Shown one piece after another: positions 52,563 through 62,044 of a stretch of 64,000 nucleotides of DNA (positions are counted from its first letter, which is position 1; each line of letters begins with the position of its first letter). Source of the DNA: an uncultured Candidatus Rokubacteria bacterium. Lineage in GTDB: Bacteria; Methylomirabilota; Methylomirabilia; Rokubacteriales; CSP1-6. The stretch is taken from positions 128,001 to 192,000 of the forward strand of contig CAVWFS010000008.1 of assembly GCA_963754315.1 (NCBI GenBank), read 5' to 3'. Under the pieces are notes generated by a model. That model was not told where the DNA came from, ran no database searches, and saw only the letters and a list, made by a program, of their open reading frames with translations. The position numbers and the translations under genes were made by a program.

Positions 52563-54368
52563 TCAGCGGGCGCCGGACGCCTGCGGCGAGGATCTGGTGT
52601 GGGCCACGGCGCGGTAGCTGGCCCGGAAGGCAGCCGTCCACTCCCGCAGGTATTCGAGGGGATCGTAGCTTTCAGGAAAGTCGGGCGCGGTTCGCCACGT
52701 CAGCGGGGCGTTCTCGACGGTACCGGTGCGGCGGTTGGTGAGGGCCACGGTCGGGAGTGAGCGGATCAGCGGCGCGTCGGCGTCCACGCCGCCCCGCGCT
52801 CGGAGGGTCTGCCAAGCCGCTCGGAGATCTTCGGCGCTATCGAGGCACATGGCCCGGATGATCTCCCTCTGAACACCGAAGTGCCGCGCTGTCCACCGTG
52901 GATAGTAGGTGAAGTGCTGAGCGACCTGGTAAGGATCGATCGACGGGCTGCCCAGGTCATCGGCGGCATAGCGCCGGTGGCGCTCGAAGGCGGCGTTGAT
53001 CGCGGGCACGGACGACGGATAGAAGTCGCGTCGCACGGGAAGACGGCGCAGCGCGTAGCGCTCTGGTCCGCCCGGGGTCCCGGGCCGGTACGTCCACAGT
53101 TGCTGACCCTCCTCGCCCAGCACGTACTCGATGAACCGAAGCGCGATGGCGCGGTGGGGGGCACCCCGGAGGAGGCTGATGGGGTCGCAGCTCACGCTGG
53201 TCCCGCCGACTGGCGTGACGAATACCATACGTGCCGTTCCCAGTGGACCGCCGGTCACCTGGGCCTGGTATCGCGCGTAGAAATCGATGGCCATGCCGAC
53301 GGCCGCGTCGCCCATGGAAACGTCGATGGCCACCTTGCTCGCGGAGTCGGTAAAGTAGCGTGCGTTGGCGCCGATGCGCTGGATGAGCAGCATGCCGGCG
53401 AGCCAGCCCCGCTCGAGCGCATCCTGGTAGGCGGCCGGCACGTTCGGGGGTAGATCGCCGCGCCGATAGCTCCGTCCCCGCCGTTCGGCGTAGGCAGCGA
53501 TCTCCTCTTCGAAGCGCGCGATGGCCGAGACCTCGAACCCGGCAGCGAGAGCGGCTTCGCGCATCTGCTGCTGGACGATCATCTCGAAAGCCTTGGCGCT
53601 GGATCCGCTCTTGGTGGGGTCGGCCAAGCCGATCGTGCCCGCGTAGATCGGATCCGCCAGATCCCTCCAGTGAGCGGGAGGTCGCTGAACGCCGAGCGCG
53701 TGAAGGCGGTCTATGTTGTAGACGATCCCGAACGTGCTGGCGGCATTGCCGAACAGGGTCGCTGTCCGACACGTCTCCCCACTCAGGTACTCGGGGATGA
53801 GCACGGTGCCATCGCTCGCGGTGAAGAGGCCAGGTGGCGCTTGATCGCGAGGCCAGGGCGCGACGGTCAGGCCCGCACGGTACGCCACCGAATGGTCGTA
53901 GGCGCCGCCGCCGAAGAGGAGATCGATCCCCACCGAGAGCTGACGGGGATCGTCGACGCGCCGGAACGCTTCGTAGATCGCCACGAGATCGCCGCGGGCG
54001 GCGGCCGGCGCTCGGGTGGCAATCATCACGTCTCCGGCCCCGGCCGGCCATGGATGGCCCTGCCTCCGCCACCATGCGTGTCCAGCCCCGACGAACTCGC
54101 TCGAGAGATAGCGGAGGATCTCGGTGGTGCCCCCGATGTTCCGCCAGTCGACACGGACAGACACCCCGTGTCGCCGTTGGTGCCACCGTGAGAAGGCTCG
54201 CTCGAACTCATAGCGGATCGCCTCGTGGTGGGGCCCGATGATGACGAGAACAGGATCGCCCTCAGCCCAGGCCGTCGTCGTGTCCTCACGCCGCAAGACG
54301 AAAGGCAGCGCGACGACGGCGGCGGCCAGAAGCACCACCCAGAACCTGCGTAGCCCGCCCCGGATCAT
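52563..54368 (-). CDS. Extracellular solute-binding protein (FbpA/AfuA-like, enlarged)
   Basis: PHHEAIRYEF, GGT, LFGGG, ADPTKSGS and IDFYA motifs; in an operon with permease and ATPase. Confidence 0.8.
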   Translation of the reverse strand: MIRGGLRRFWVVLLAAAVVALPFVLRREDTTTAWAEGDPVLVIIGPHHEAIRYEFERAFSRWHQRRHGVSVRVDWRNIGGTTEILRYLSSEFVGAGHAWWRRQGHPWPAGAGDVMIATRAPAAARGDLVAIYEAFRRVDDPRQLSVGIDLLFGGGAYDHSVAYRAGLTVAPWPRDQAPPGLFTASDGTVLIPEYLSGETCRTATLFGNAASTFGIVYNIDRLHALGVQRPPAHWRDLADPIYAGTIGLADPTKSGSSAKAFEMIVQQQMREAALAAGFEVSAIARFEEEIAAYAERRGRSYRRGDLPPNVPAAYQDALERGWLAGMLLIQRIGANARYFTDSASKVAIDVSMGDAAVGMAIDFYARYQAQVTGGPLGTARMVFVTPVGGTSVSCDPISLLRGAPHRAIALRFIEYVLGEEGQQLWTYRPGTPGGPERYALRRLPVRRDFYPSSVPAINAAFERHRRYAADDLGSPSIDPYQVAQHFTYYPRWTARHFGVQREIIRAMCLDSAEDLRAAWQTLRARGGVDADAPLIRSLPTVALTNRRTGTVENAPLTWRTAPDFPESYDPLEYLREWTAAFRASYRAVAHTRSSPQASGAR

Positions 54369-55459
54369 CGGCGCAGGACGACCACGTCCTGTGGATCCAC
54401 GCGGGCGGCCGTGGGCTGGTTGTGCTCCATGGCCCCGGAACCTCGTGGGTTCAGCTCGAAGACCTTGAGCACGGTGCCGCCGGACGGAGCAGCTCCGGCC
54501 GGACCGGCCTCGATGTGGTGCTGGGCAATTTCTCCCAGGTACACGCTGTCGCGCAGGACGGCGGCAAAGGCGTTGGGTGCCGCGTGAGGGACGTCCAGCG
54601 CGACGCTCTCAGGCCGGATGGAGAGGGTCACCTCGTCGCCGGCTGCCAGCGGCTCGGCGGGCAGGGTGCTGCTGGTGAGGGAACCCAGGGGGGTCACGAG
54701 CTCAGCGCGGTCACGGTTGCTCCCGGCCACACGCGCCGGGAGGAGGTTGGTCTCGCCCATGAAGCTGGCCACGAAGCAGCTGGCCGGGCGTAGGTATACG
54801 TCGCGTGGCGTGCCAATCTGCTGGATGCGGCCTCGATCGAGAATGGCTATCCGGTCGGCGATGCTCAGGGCTTCCTTCTGCTCGTGGGTGACGTAGACCG
54901 TCGTGACACCCGATTCCTTGCAGATACGGCGGATCTCGTGTCGCATGTCCAGCCGCAGGCGGGCATCGAGATTGGACAACGGCTCATCGAGCAGCAGGCA
55001 GGCGGGTGTCACCACCAGTGCGCGGGCTAGGGCCACCCGCTGCTGCTGTCCACCGGACAGCTCGCTCGGATTGCGGTCGGCGTACGGCACCATCTGGACG
55101 AGCTGAAGGATCTCGTCGACCCTCCGGTGCCGCTCGCCCCGTGCCAGTCCTCGGACGTCGAGCCCGAAGCGGACGTTCTCGCGCACGGTGAGATGTGGCC
55201 ACAGGGCATAGCTCTGGAAGCACATGACGGCGTTGCGCTGCTCGGTCCCGAGCGACGTCACGTCCCGGTCATCGAACCAGATGCGCCCGCGCGTCGGCGT
55301 CAGGAGCCCGGCAATGAGGCGGAGGAGAGTGGACTTCCCGCAGCCGCTTGGGCCAAGCAGGAAAAATAGCTCGCCAGGCTCGATGTCCAGGTCGATTGAG
55401 TCGAGAGCGATGGTGTCGCCGAACCGCTTGCTGATCTGCTCACACCGCACGCGGGTCAT
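54365..55459 (-). CDS. ABC transporter ATPase (FbpC/PotA-like)
   Basis: GPSGCGKS, LSGGQQQRVALARA and a TOBE-like C-terminus. Confidence 0.93.
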   Translation of the reverse strand: MTRVRCEQISKRFGDTIALDSIDLDIEPGELFFLLGPSGCGKSTLLRLIAGLLTPTRGRIWFDDRDVTSLGTEQRNAVMCFQSYALWPHLTVRENVRFGLDVRGLARGERHRRVDEILQLVQMVPYADRNPSELSGGQQQRVALARALVVTPACLLLDEPLSNLDARLRLDMRHEIRRICKESGVTTVYVTHEQKEALSIADRIAILDRGRIQQIGTPRDVYLRPASCFVASFMGETNLLPARVAGSNRDRAELVTPLGSLTSSTLPAEPLAAGDEVTLSIRPESVALDVPHAAPNAFAAVLRDSVYLGEIAQHHIEAGPAGAAPSGGTVLKVFELNPRGSGAMEHNQPTAARVDPQDVVVLRR

Positions 55460-55596
55460 GATGGGGCGGGCCTGCTCCCTAGAATATCCGGATCCGGGAT
55501 GTGTGGGCGCGATTCTGGAGGAGCGGTGATTCTGGCTAAAATGGTCGGCGCGGGCCTTGGAGCCAGGTGGCTCATGGTGCGCAGGGGAGAGGAACG

Positions 55597-56637
55597 GTGC
55601 GTCGGAGCCACTTCGCGGCGGGTCTGGCCATGATGCTTGTTCTGGCCGGGTGTGTCGATGCCACGCACGAGCGAATCCATCACGCCGTCCGGGGTAATGG
55701 CCCTACTGAGTCCCCGACGGCGGGCCCCGCCAGGGAATCCCGCCCGCCTCCCGTCGTCCTCACCTTGCACGCGGCGGGCACTAAGGATGAGCACGACAGA
55801 TACTGGTTCACCATGCCGTCGACCGGCGACAATGGCCAGGACGGCAACGTGGTGACAGGCTGGTACTTCCAGCGAGGCCACGCGCGAGCTCCGCTGGTGA
55901 TCGTCGTCCCGATCTATGGAAGCTCGGCCTATCCTTCCTGGACGGTCGCGCGTTTTCTGGCCTCCCAGCCGGCCCCGCTCGACATCAACGTTGTCCTCAT
56001 CGAGGCGGAGCGCGATCTCATCGACTGGAATCGTCTGCGCCTGGCGACCACCGAGGAGGCCTGGCACGCCACCCTGGTGGAGTCGACAGCACGCTATCGA
56101 ACCGTGGCGGCCGACATCAGCCGGATCATCGACTGGGCCGTGACGCGACCGACCACGGATCCCACACGGCTCGGCATCGTCGGTTTCTCAATCAGCGCGA
56201 CCATCGCCGCCGTGGCCATGGGCGCCGATGATCGTCTGACTGCCGGCGCGTTCCTCATGGGCGGCGCCCATCTGCACGAAGTATTCGCCTTCTGCCGCGA
56301 AGCCCAGGTCACTCGGGTGCGCAACACGAACATGCGGCGCTTCGGCTGGAGCCTCGACACATTCAAGGGCAAGATCCAGCCCCTCGCGGACTCGGTCAAC
56401 CCGGCCCTCATGCCGAGCTTGAACGGCGATCGACACACGCTCTACGTCGAGGCCACCGACGACGATTGCATCCCGAAGACCGCGCGCGATGGGCTGCGGG
56501 ACATGCTCACCCCCTCGGAGAAGATCCAGCTCGGCTACCGACACTGGCCGTCCTTCCTCTTCGGGATGACCCCCCTCGGCCTTCACTACCTCGAGCGGGC
56601 GGTGGTGAGGTTCTTCGTGGCCGCCTTCGGCCTATAA
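55597..56637 (+). CDS. Putative lipoprotein with an alpha/beta hydrolase fold
   Basis: LAGC lipobox, RLGIVGFSISA elbow and candidate D/H residues (TDDDC, RH). Start uncertain (55567-55633). Confidence 0.6.
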   Translation: MRRSHFAAGLAMMLVLAGCVDATHERIHHAVRGNGPTESPTAGPARESRPPPVVLTLHAAGTKDEHDRYWFTMPSTGDNGQDGNVVTGWYFQRGHARAPLVIVVPIYGSSAYPSWTVARFLASQPAPLDINVVLIEAERDLIDWNRLRLATTEEAWHATLVESTARYRTVAADISRIIDWAVTRPTTDPTRLGIVGFSISATIAAVAMGADDRLTAGAFLMGGAHLHEVFAFCREAQVTRVRNTNMRRFGWSLDTFKGKIQPLADSVNPALMPSLNGDRHTLYVEATDDDCIPKTARDGLRDMLTPSEKIQLGYRHWPSFLFGMTPLGLHYLERAVVRFFVAAFGL

Positions 56638-56689
56638 TCGGGCCGGCTCGCCGCGGCAAGGTGGGGCGCCGCGAGGAGGGGGAGGAACA

Positions 56690-57904
56690 ATGGATACTGG
56701 TCGTCGACGTCTTCTCAAAGTGGCAGCGGTGGGAGGTATGGGGGCCGTGCTGGCGACGCCCGTCTTCCTGCGCCGAGCGTACGCGCAGCAGCCCATCAAG
56801 ATTGGCTTGCCCACCGTGCTGTCCGGCGGCAACGCCCAGTACGGCATCCAGGCCAAGCGGGCGTGCGAGCTGTTCGGCAAGGAGATCAACGCCAAGGGTG
56901 GGGTGCTCGGTCGTCCCCTGGAGTTCATCTACGAGGATACCGCGGCCGATCCGGCCACGGCCGTGCGCAAGGCGCAGAAGCTGGTGGAGAAGGACAGCGT
57001 CAAGTTTCTCACGGGAACCGTGCTGTCCTCGGAGGCGCTGGCCGTCTCTGCCAAGTGTCCGGAGTGGAAGGTCATCCTGATGTCGACCATCAACGGAGCC
57101 GGCTCGCTCACCGCCAAGGCCTGGAACCGTTACTTCTTCCGCATCAACACCAGCGGCCCCATGGGGGCGCGGGTGGTGAGCCTCTACCTCGCCGAATCGC
57201 CTCTCAAGCGTTTCTTCGCGCTCGGCAGTGATTACGCGTGGGGGCGCGACGGGGTGACCACCTTCGAGAAGCAGATCGGGGCCACCAAGAAGGACATCGT
57301 CGGCAAGGACTACCCGCCTGTGGGCACCAAGGACTTCGCCGCCTATATCTCCAAGATCAAGCAGGCGCGGGCCGACTCCTGCTACATCGTGATGCCCGGC
57401 CAGGATGCCACCATCTTCATCAAGCAGGCGGCCCAGTTCGGGCTCACGCGCGAGGTGAAGCTCGTCATGGAGATCGTGGAGCTCGAGAACATGAAGGCGG
57501 TGGGCGACGCCATGGCCGGCACCATCGGCAGCTCGCGCTATCCCTTCACGGTGGATACCCCACGCAACCGCGACTTCGTCAAGCGGTTCCATGCCATGCA
57601 TGGGGTCTACCCCGACATGTTCGACGGTGAGACCTACGAGGGCCTCGAATGGTTGACCCAGGTCATCACCAAGGTCGGCACCGCTGACGATGTCGAGAAG
57701 GTGATCGAGGCCTGGGAGGATTCGCGCTACGAGGGCCTGGAAGGGCCGTTCTTCATGCGCAAGTGTGATCACCAGGCCGAGCAGCCGGGCTTCATGGTCG
57801 AGGCCGTCAAGGATTCGAATTATCCGCACCTGATTCCAAAGATTCTCGCCACCTATCCTGGGGATCGGGTGACGCCGAAGTGCCGCACGGAGGACTTCGC
57901 GTAG
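56690..57904 (+). CDS. Liv-type ABC substrate-binding protein with a Tat signal
   Basis: RRRLLK Tat motif; INAKGGVLGR and DYAWG motifs. Confidence 0.92.
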   Translation: MDTGRRRLLKVAAVGGMGAVLATPVFLRRAYAQQPIKIGLPTVLSGGNAQYGIQAKRACELFGKEINAKGGVLGRPLEFIYEDTAADPATAVRKAQKLVEKDSVKFLTGTVLSSEALAVSAKCPEWKVILMSTINGAGSLTAKAWNRYFFRINTSGPMGARVVSLYLAESPLKRFFALGSDYAWGRDGVTTFEKQIGATKKDIVGKDYPPVGTKDFAAYISKIKQARADSCYIVMPGQDATIFIKQAAQFGLTREVKLVMEIVELENMKAVGDAMAGTIGSSRYPFTVDTPRNRDFVKRFHAMHGVYPDMFDGETYEGLEWLTQVITKVGTADDVEKVIEAWEDSRYEGLEGPFFMRKCDHQAEQPGFMVEAVKDSNYPHLIPKILATYPGDRVTPKCRTEDFA

Positions 57905-57934
57905 CGAAAATCGGGGCCCGGAAGGGGCGCAATC

Positions 57935-58801
57935 GTGTCAGTTGCCCTGCTCGTCGAGCTGAGCCTGAATGCCCTCGCCCTCTCCGGGCTCTTGTTCCTT
58001 GTCTCCATCGGGCTCACTCTCGTCTTCGGGATCCTGCGCGTGGTCAACTTCGCGCACGGCGTCTTCTACATGATCGGCGCCTATCTCGGGTTCACGGCCG
58101 TGGCGCTATCGGGCCGCTTCTGGCTGGCGCTGCTGCTCGTGCCCCCGTTGGTGGGACTTTTGGGGGCCGCCCTGGAAGCGTCGACCCTGCGGTTCATCTA
58201 TCGCCGCCCCCCCATCTACCAGCTGCTCCTCACCTTCGGTATCGCGCTCATCCTGGAAGAGACCGTCAAGGTCATCTACGGTCCCACCGCCAAGGGGGTG
58301 GAACCGCCGTCGCTCTTGCAGGGATCCGTGGAAATGCTCGGGATCGTGTATCCGGCCTACCGACTGTTCCTGGTGGGCTTGGGCCTGCTCGTGGGGTTGG
58401 CGCTCTGGCTCTTCCTGCAGCGAACGCGGGCCGGGCTGATCGTCCGCGCGGTGGCCCAGAACAGCGAGATGGCAGATTGCCTGGGCGCCGACGTGAGACT
58501 CGTGCGCACCCTCGTCTTCGGCGCCGCCTGCGGGTTGGCTGGCCTCGGAGGCGCGGCGGCCGCCCCCATGACCACCGCCTATCTCGGGATGGGCATCGCC
58601 GTGATCGTCGAGGCCTTCGTGGTTGTTGTCATTGGCGGCCTGGGCTCGGTCGTGGGCTCCATGGTGGGCAGCCTCATTGTGGGAGCCGCGCAGACGTGGG
58701 GCAGCTTTTACGTCTCGGAGGCCGCCATGGTGATCATGTACGCGGTGATGGGGGCCATCCTCATCTTCTGGCGGTGGGGGCTGTTCGGGGAAGAGGAATA
58801 G
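57935..58801 (+). CDS. Branched-chain amino acid ABC permease (LivH-like)
   Basis: VNFAHG and VIGGLGS motifs. Confidence 0.92.
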   Translation: MSVALLVELSLNALALSGLLFLVSIGLTLVFGILRVVNFAHGVFYMIGAYLGFTAVALSGRFWLALLLVPPLVGLLGAALEASTLRFIYRRPPIYQLLLTFGIALILEETVKVIYGPTAKGVEPPSLLQGSVEMLGIVYPAYRLFLVGLGLLVGLALWLFLQRTRAGLIVRAVAQNSEMADCLGADVRLVRTLVFGAACGLAGLGGAAAAPMTTAYLGMGIAVIVEAFVVVVIGGLGSVVGSMVGSLIVGAAQTWGSFYVSEAAMVIMYAVMGAILIFWRWGLFGEEE

Positions 58802-59740
58802 ATGGGCCCGCTTGGGCGTGTCAGCAGCCTGGCCGCGCTCGTCGTGCTCGCGGCGATGCCGTGGGTTCTCGCCCGTCACCAGCTGTCGATCTTGACCGAT
58901 CTGCTGATCTTCGGTCTTCTTGCCATGTCGCTCGACCTCATCATCGGCTACTCGGGTATGGTCTCCTTCGGTCATGCCGCCTATTTCGGCCTCGGCGCCT
59001 ACGGCAGCGCGCTCTTGCTCATCCATTGGGCCCCCCCTGTGCCAGTCGCCTTGCTGGCCGGGGCCGTGCTGGCCGCCTTGATCGCGGCGCCGGTTGGCTG
59101 GTTCTCGACGCGCGCCACCGGAATCTATTTCGCGATGTTGACCTTGGCCTTTGCCCAGCTCCTCTATACGGTGGCCTACAAGTGGCGCGACCTCACGGGC
59201 GGTTCGGACGGCATCGCCGGCGTGCCAAAGACCACACTGTTCTGGGGTGGTCCCAGCGTCGCCTCGCCGCGCGCTTACTACCTTCTGGTGGCAGCCTGCG
59301 TCGTGCTCTCGCTCGTGGCCTGTCGCAGTCTCGTGCGCTCGCCCTTCGGGCGAGCGCTGCAAGCCATCCGCGAGAACGAGCATCGCTTCACCAGCCTCGG
59401 CCAGGATCCTCGGCCCTTCAAGGTGGTGGTCTTCGTCATTGCTGCGTTCTTCGCCGGTCTTGCCGGCGCCCTCTTCGCGCCCTTCCGTGGCTTCGCCTCA
59501 CCCGAGGTGATGTTCTGGGTTCTCTCGGGTCAGGCCCTGATGATGGTCATCACGGGCGGAATTGGAACCCTCGTCGGGCCGGTGCTCGGGGCCATGATCT
59601 TCATTCTGATCCAGGAGGTCCTCTCGAGCTACACGGAGCACTGGATGATCTTCGCTGGTGTAGTGTTCGTCCTGATCGTCATCTTCCTGCCCGGCGGGCT
59701 TGTGGGCACCGCCCGTCGCTGGATCGAGGCGCGCGGATGA
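58802..59740 (+). CDS. Branched-chain amino acid ABC permease (LivM-like)
   Basis: SFGHAAYFG, GIYFAMLT and AIRENE motifs. Confidence 0.92.
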   Translation: MGPLGRVSSLAALVVLAAMPWVLARHQLSILTDLLIFGLLAMSLDLIIGYSGMVSFGHAAYFGLGAYGSALLLIHWAPPVPVALLAGAVLAALIAAPVGWFSTRATGIYFAMLTLAFAQLLYTVAYKWRDLTGGSDGIAGVPKTTLFWGGPSVASPRAYYLLVAACVVLSLVACRSLVRSPFGRALQAIRENEHRFTSLGQDPRPFKVVVFVIAAFFAGLAGALFAPFRGFASPEVMFWVLSGQALMMVITGGIGTLVGPVLGAMIFILIQEVLSSYTEHWMIFAGVVFVLIVIFLPGGLVGTARRWIEARG

Positions 59741-59759
59741 CCGCGCCTGCGTGGCAGGG

Positions 59760-60132
59760 ATGGGGGGCCATGTCGGGGCCCCCGGAGCGACGTGTGACCG
59801 AGGGGCGCCACGGGTTTCCCGGGGCGGCTCCGAGCGCTGGGGGTATGGGGGGCCATGTCGGGGCCCCCGGAGCTGACGTGTGACCGAGGGGCGCCACGGG
59901 TTTCCCGGGGCGGCTCCGAGCGCTGGGGGGTATGGGGGGCCATGTCGGGGCCCCCGGAGCTGACGTGTGACCGAGGGGCGCCACGGGTTTCCCGGGGCGG
60001 CTCCGAGCGCTGGGGGGTATGGGGGGCCATGTCGGGGCCCCCGGAGCTGACGTGTGACCGAGGGGCGCCACGGGTTTCCCGGGGCGGCTCCGAGCGCTGG
60101 GGGGTATGGGGGGCCATGTCGGGGCCCCCCAT
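59760..60132. repeat. Tandem array of the two-hairpin element (periods 85, 87, 87, 87 plus a terminal hairpin)
   Basis: CATGTCGGGGCCCCC recurs at 59769, 59854, 59941, 60028 and 60115; its reverse complement aligns with the 637-960 unit. Confidence 0.97.
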
Positions 60133-60138
60133 GTCCAA

Positions 60139-60888
60139 ATGACCGTCCTCGAGACACGCGGGATAGGGCGGGCATTCGGCGCGCTGCGGGCCGTGGCGGA
60201 CGTGAGTCTCACCGTCGGCGCGGGCGAGTTGCGCGCGATCATCGGCCCGAACGGCGCGGGGAAGACCACATTGTTCCATCTGATTTCGGGGCTTCTGGCG
60301 CCGACTGCTGGGCAGATCTTCTTTCGGGGCGAGGAAGTGTCCTCGCTGGCTGCCCCGGCCCGCTGTCGACTCGGCATATCCCGTACATTTCAGATCACCA
60401 GCATCTTTCCGGAGCTGTCCGTCCTGGAGAACGTGCGCATGGCGGTGCAGCTCAAGGGTGGGGGAAACTTCCGGTTGGTGGGCGGGGGCGCGCGCCTGCA
60501 GGACACCGCGCGGCGTGCCCGCGAGAGCCTGGACTTCCTCAGCCTCGGGGCTCGTGCCGACGAACCGGCGGCCACCTTACCCCACGGCGATCAACGGCTC
60601 CTGGAGATCGCCATGGCCGTGGCCCAGGACCCCGAACTGCTTCTGCTCGACGAACCGACCCAGGGCCTGTCCCCCGAGGACACCACCGCTACGGTTGCGG
60701 TCATTCGACAGATCGCGCGTGAGAGGCGCCTCACCATCCTGCTCGTCGAGCACGACATGGATGTGGTCTTCGACCTGGCGCAGCGAATCTCGGTGCTGCA
60801 CTTTGGCCAGCTCATTGCCGAGGGAACCCCTGAGGAAATCCGCACCAATCCGGACGTGCAAAAGGCCTACCTCGGCGGTGGAGAATGA
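60139..60888 (+). CDS. Branched-chain amino acid ABC ATPase (LivG-like)
   Basis: GPNGAGKT, SRTFQ and AYLG motifs. Start placed at ATG 60139. Confidence 0.92.
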   Translation: MTVLETRGIGRAFGALRAVADVSLTVGAGELRAIIGPNGAGKTTLFHLISGLLAPTAGQIFFRGEEVSSLAAPARCRLGISRTFQITSIFPELSVLENVRMAVQLKGGGNFRLVGGGARLQDTARRARESLDFLSLGARADEPAATLPHGDQRLLEIAMAVAQDPELLLLDEPTQGLSPEDTTATVAVIRQIARERRLTILLVEHDMDVVFDLAQRISVLHFGQLIAEGTPEEIRTNPDVQKAYLGGGE

Positions 60889-61319
60889 ACCCTCGCGGAA
60901 GGCTCGGAGAGATCGACATGAGCGCCCACCAGATGATCACCGCCGGGGGAGCCTGGCCCGAGCGCTACACCTTCTCGCCAGGCCTGCGCGCCGGAAACCT
61001 CGTCTTCATCTCCGGTACCACGGCCGTGGACGATAGGGGCCAGCTGGTCGGCGCCGGAGACGTCGTGGCCCAGACGCGCTACATCTACTTGAAGTTCGTC
61101 TCCCTACTGGAGGCGGCCGGTGCGGGGCTCGAGCATGTGGTGCAGACGACCGAGTACATCACCACGACCGAGAACTACCGTGCGACTGCGGGTGTCCGCC
61201 GCGAGTTCTTCCGGCCACCTTACCCGACCGCGACCGGGGTGATCGTGGCAGGCCTCCTACGTGAGGGGGCCCTGATCGAGATCTCGGCGGTAGCGGTCCT
61301 TCCCGGGGCCGTCTCGTGA
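60885..61319 (+). CDS. Rid (RidA/YjgF/UK114) family protein
   Basis: AGNLVFISGT...FFRPPYPTAT...LIEISAVA. Confidence 0.88.
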   Translation: MNPRGRLGEIDMSAHQMITAGGAWPERYTFSPGLRAGNLVFISGTTAVDDRGQLVGAGDVVAQTRYIYLKFVSLLEAAGAGLEHVVQTTEYITTTENYRATAGVRREFFRPPYPTATGVIVAGLLREGALIEISAVAVLPGAVS

Positions 61320-62044
61320 GGGAGAGTCCGAGCACGCAAGGGCTCCTCTCAGTAGAAGCCTTGCAAACGTACTACGGCAAGAGCCATGTACTGCGCGGCG
61401 TGTCTTTCACGGTGTCTCCGGGCGCCATCACGGTGCTCCTGGGGCGCAACGGCGCTGGCAAGACCACCACGCTCCGATCGATCATGGGGCTCACCCCGCC
61501 GCGGACGGGCCATGTGCGCTTCAAGAATCGCGACATCACAGGCCAGGCCCCCCACCGCGTGTTCGGGCTCGGCATTGGCTACGTGCCCGAAGGCCGCCAG
61601 ATCTTTCCCCAGCTCGACGTCGGCGAGAACTTGCGGCTGGCGCAGCGGGCGAACCCAAGCGGCTCCGGCTGGACGCTAGACCGCATCCTCGACTACTTTC
61701 CCGTGCTTCGCGAGCGGTGGGGGCAGCGGGGCCGGAGTCTTTCCGGAGGAGAGCAGCAAATGCTCGCCATCGCCCGTGCCTTGGCCGGGAACCCGGAGCT
61801 GTTGATGCTCGACGAGCCCTCCCAGGGACTGGCGCCGCGGCTGGTCCGGGAGCTGGGGAGCCTGCTCACGCGCCTCAAGGCAGAGGGGGTGACATTGCTG
61901 CTCGTCGAGCAGAACGCCCGCATGGCCCTCACCGTCAGCGATCACGTGCTCGTTCTCGGAAAAGGCGCCGTTGTCTTCGCCGGGCCCACGGGCGAGTTCC
62001 AGCTCCGTGAGGCCGAGCTGAAGGGACGGTATCTGTCCGTGTGA
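61316..62044 (+). CDS. Branched-chain amino acid ABC ATPase (LivF-like)
   Basis: GRNGAGKT, LSGGEQQM and DEPSQGLAP motifs. Confidence 0.93.
   Translation: MRESPSTQGLLSVEALQTYYGKSHVLRGVSFTVSPGAITVLLGRNGAGKTTTLRSIMGLTPPRTGHVRFKNRDITGQAPHRVFGLGIGYVPEGRQIFPQLDVGENLRLAQRANPSGSGWTLDRILDYFPVLRERWGQRGRSLSGGEQQMLAIARALAGNPELLMLDEPSQGLAPRLVRELGSLLTRLKAEGVTLLLVEQNARMALTVSDHVLVLGKGAVVFAGPTGEFQLREAELKGRYLSV

Noticed and set aside
59498..60377. Repeat-protein ORFs across the 87-nt array (and 619-1031 across the 85-nt array)
   Set aside because: The GC-rich unit is open in several frames on both strands, and the 85- and 86-nt relatives are not multiples of three. The frame from ATG 59737 stops at 59883.
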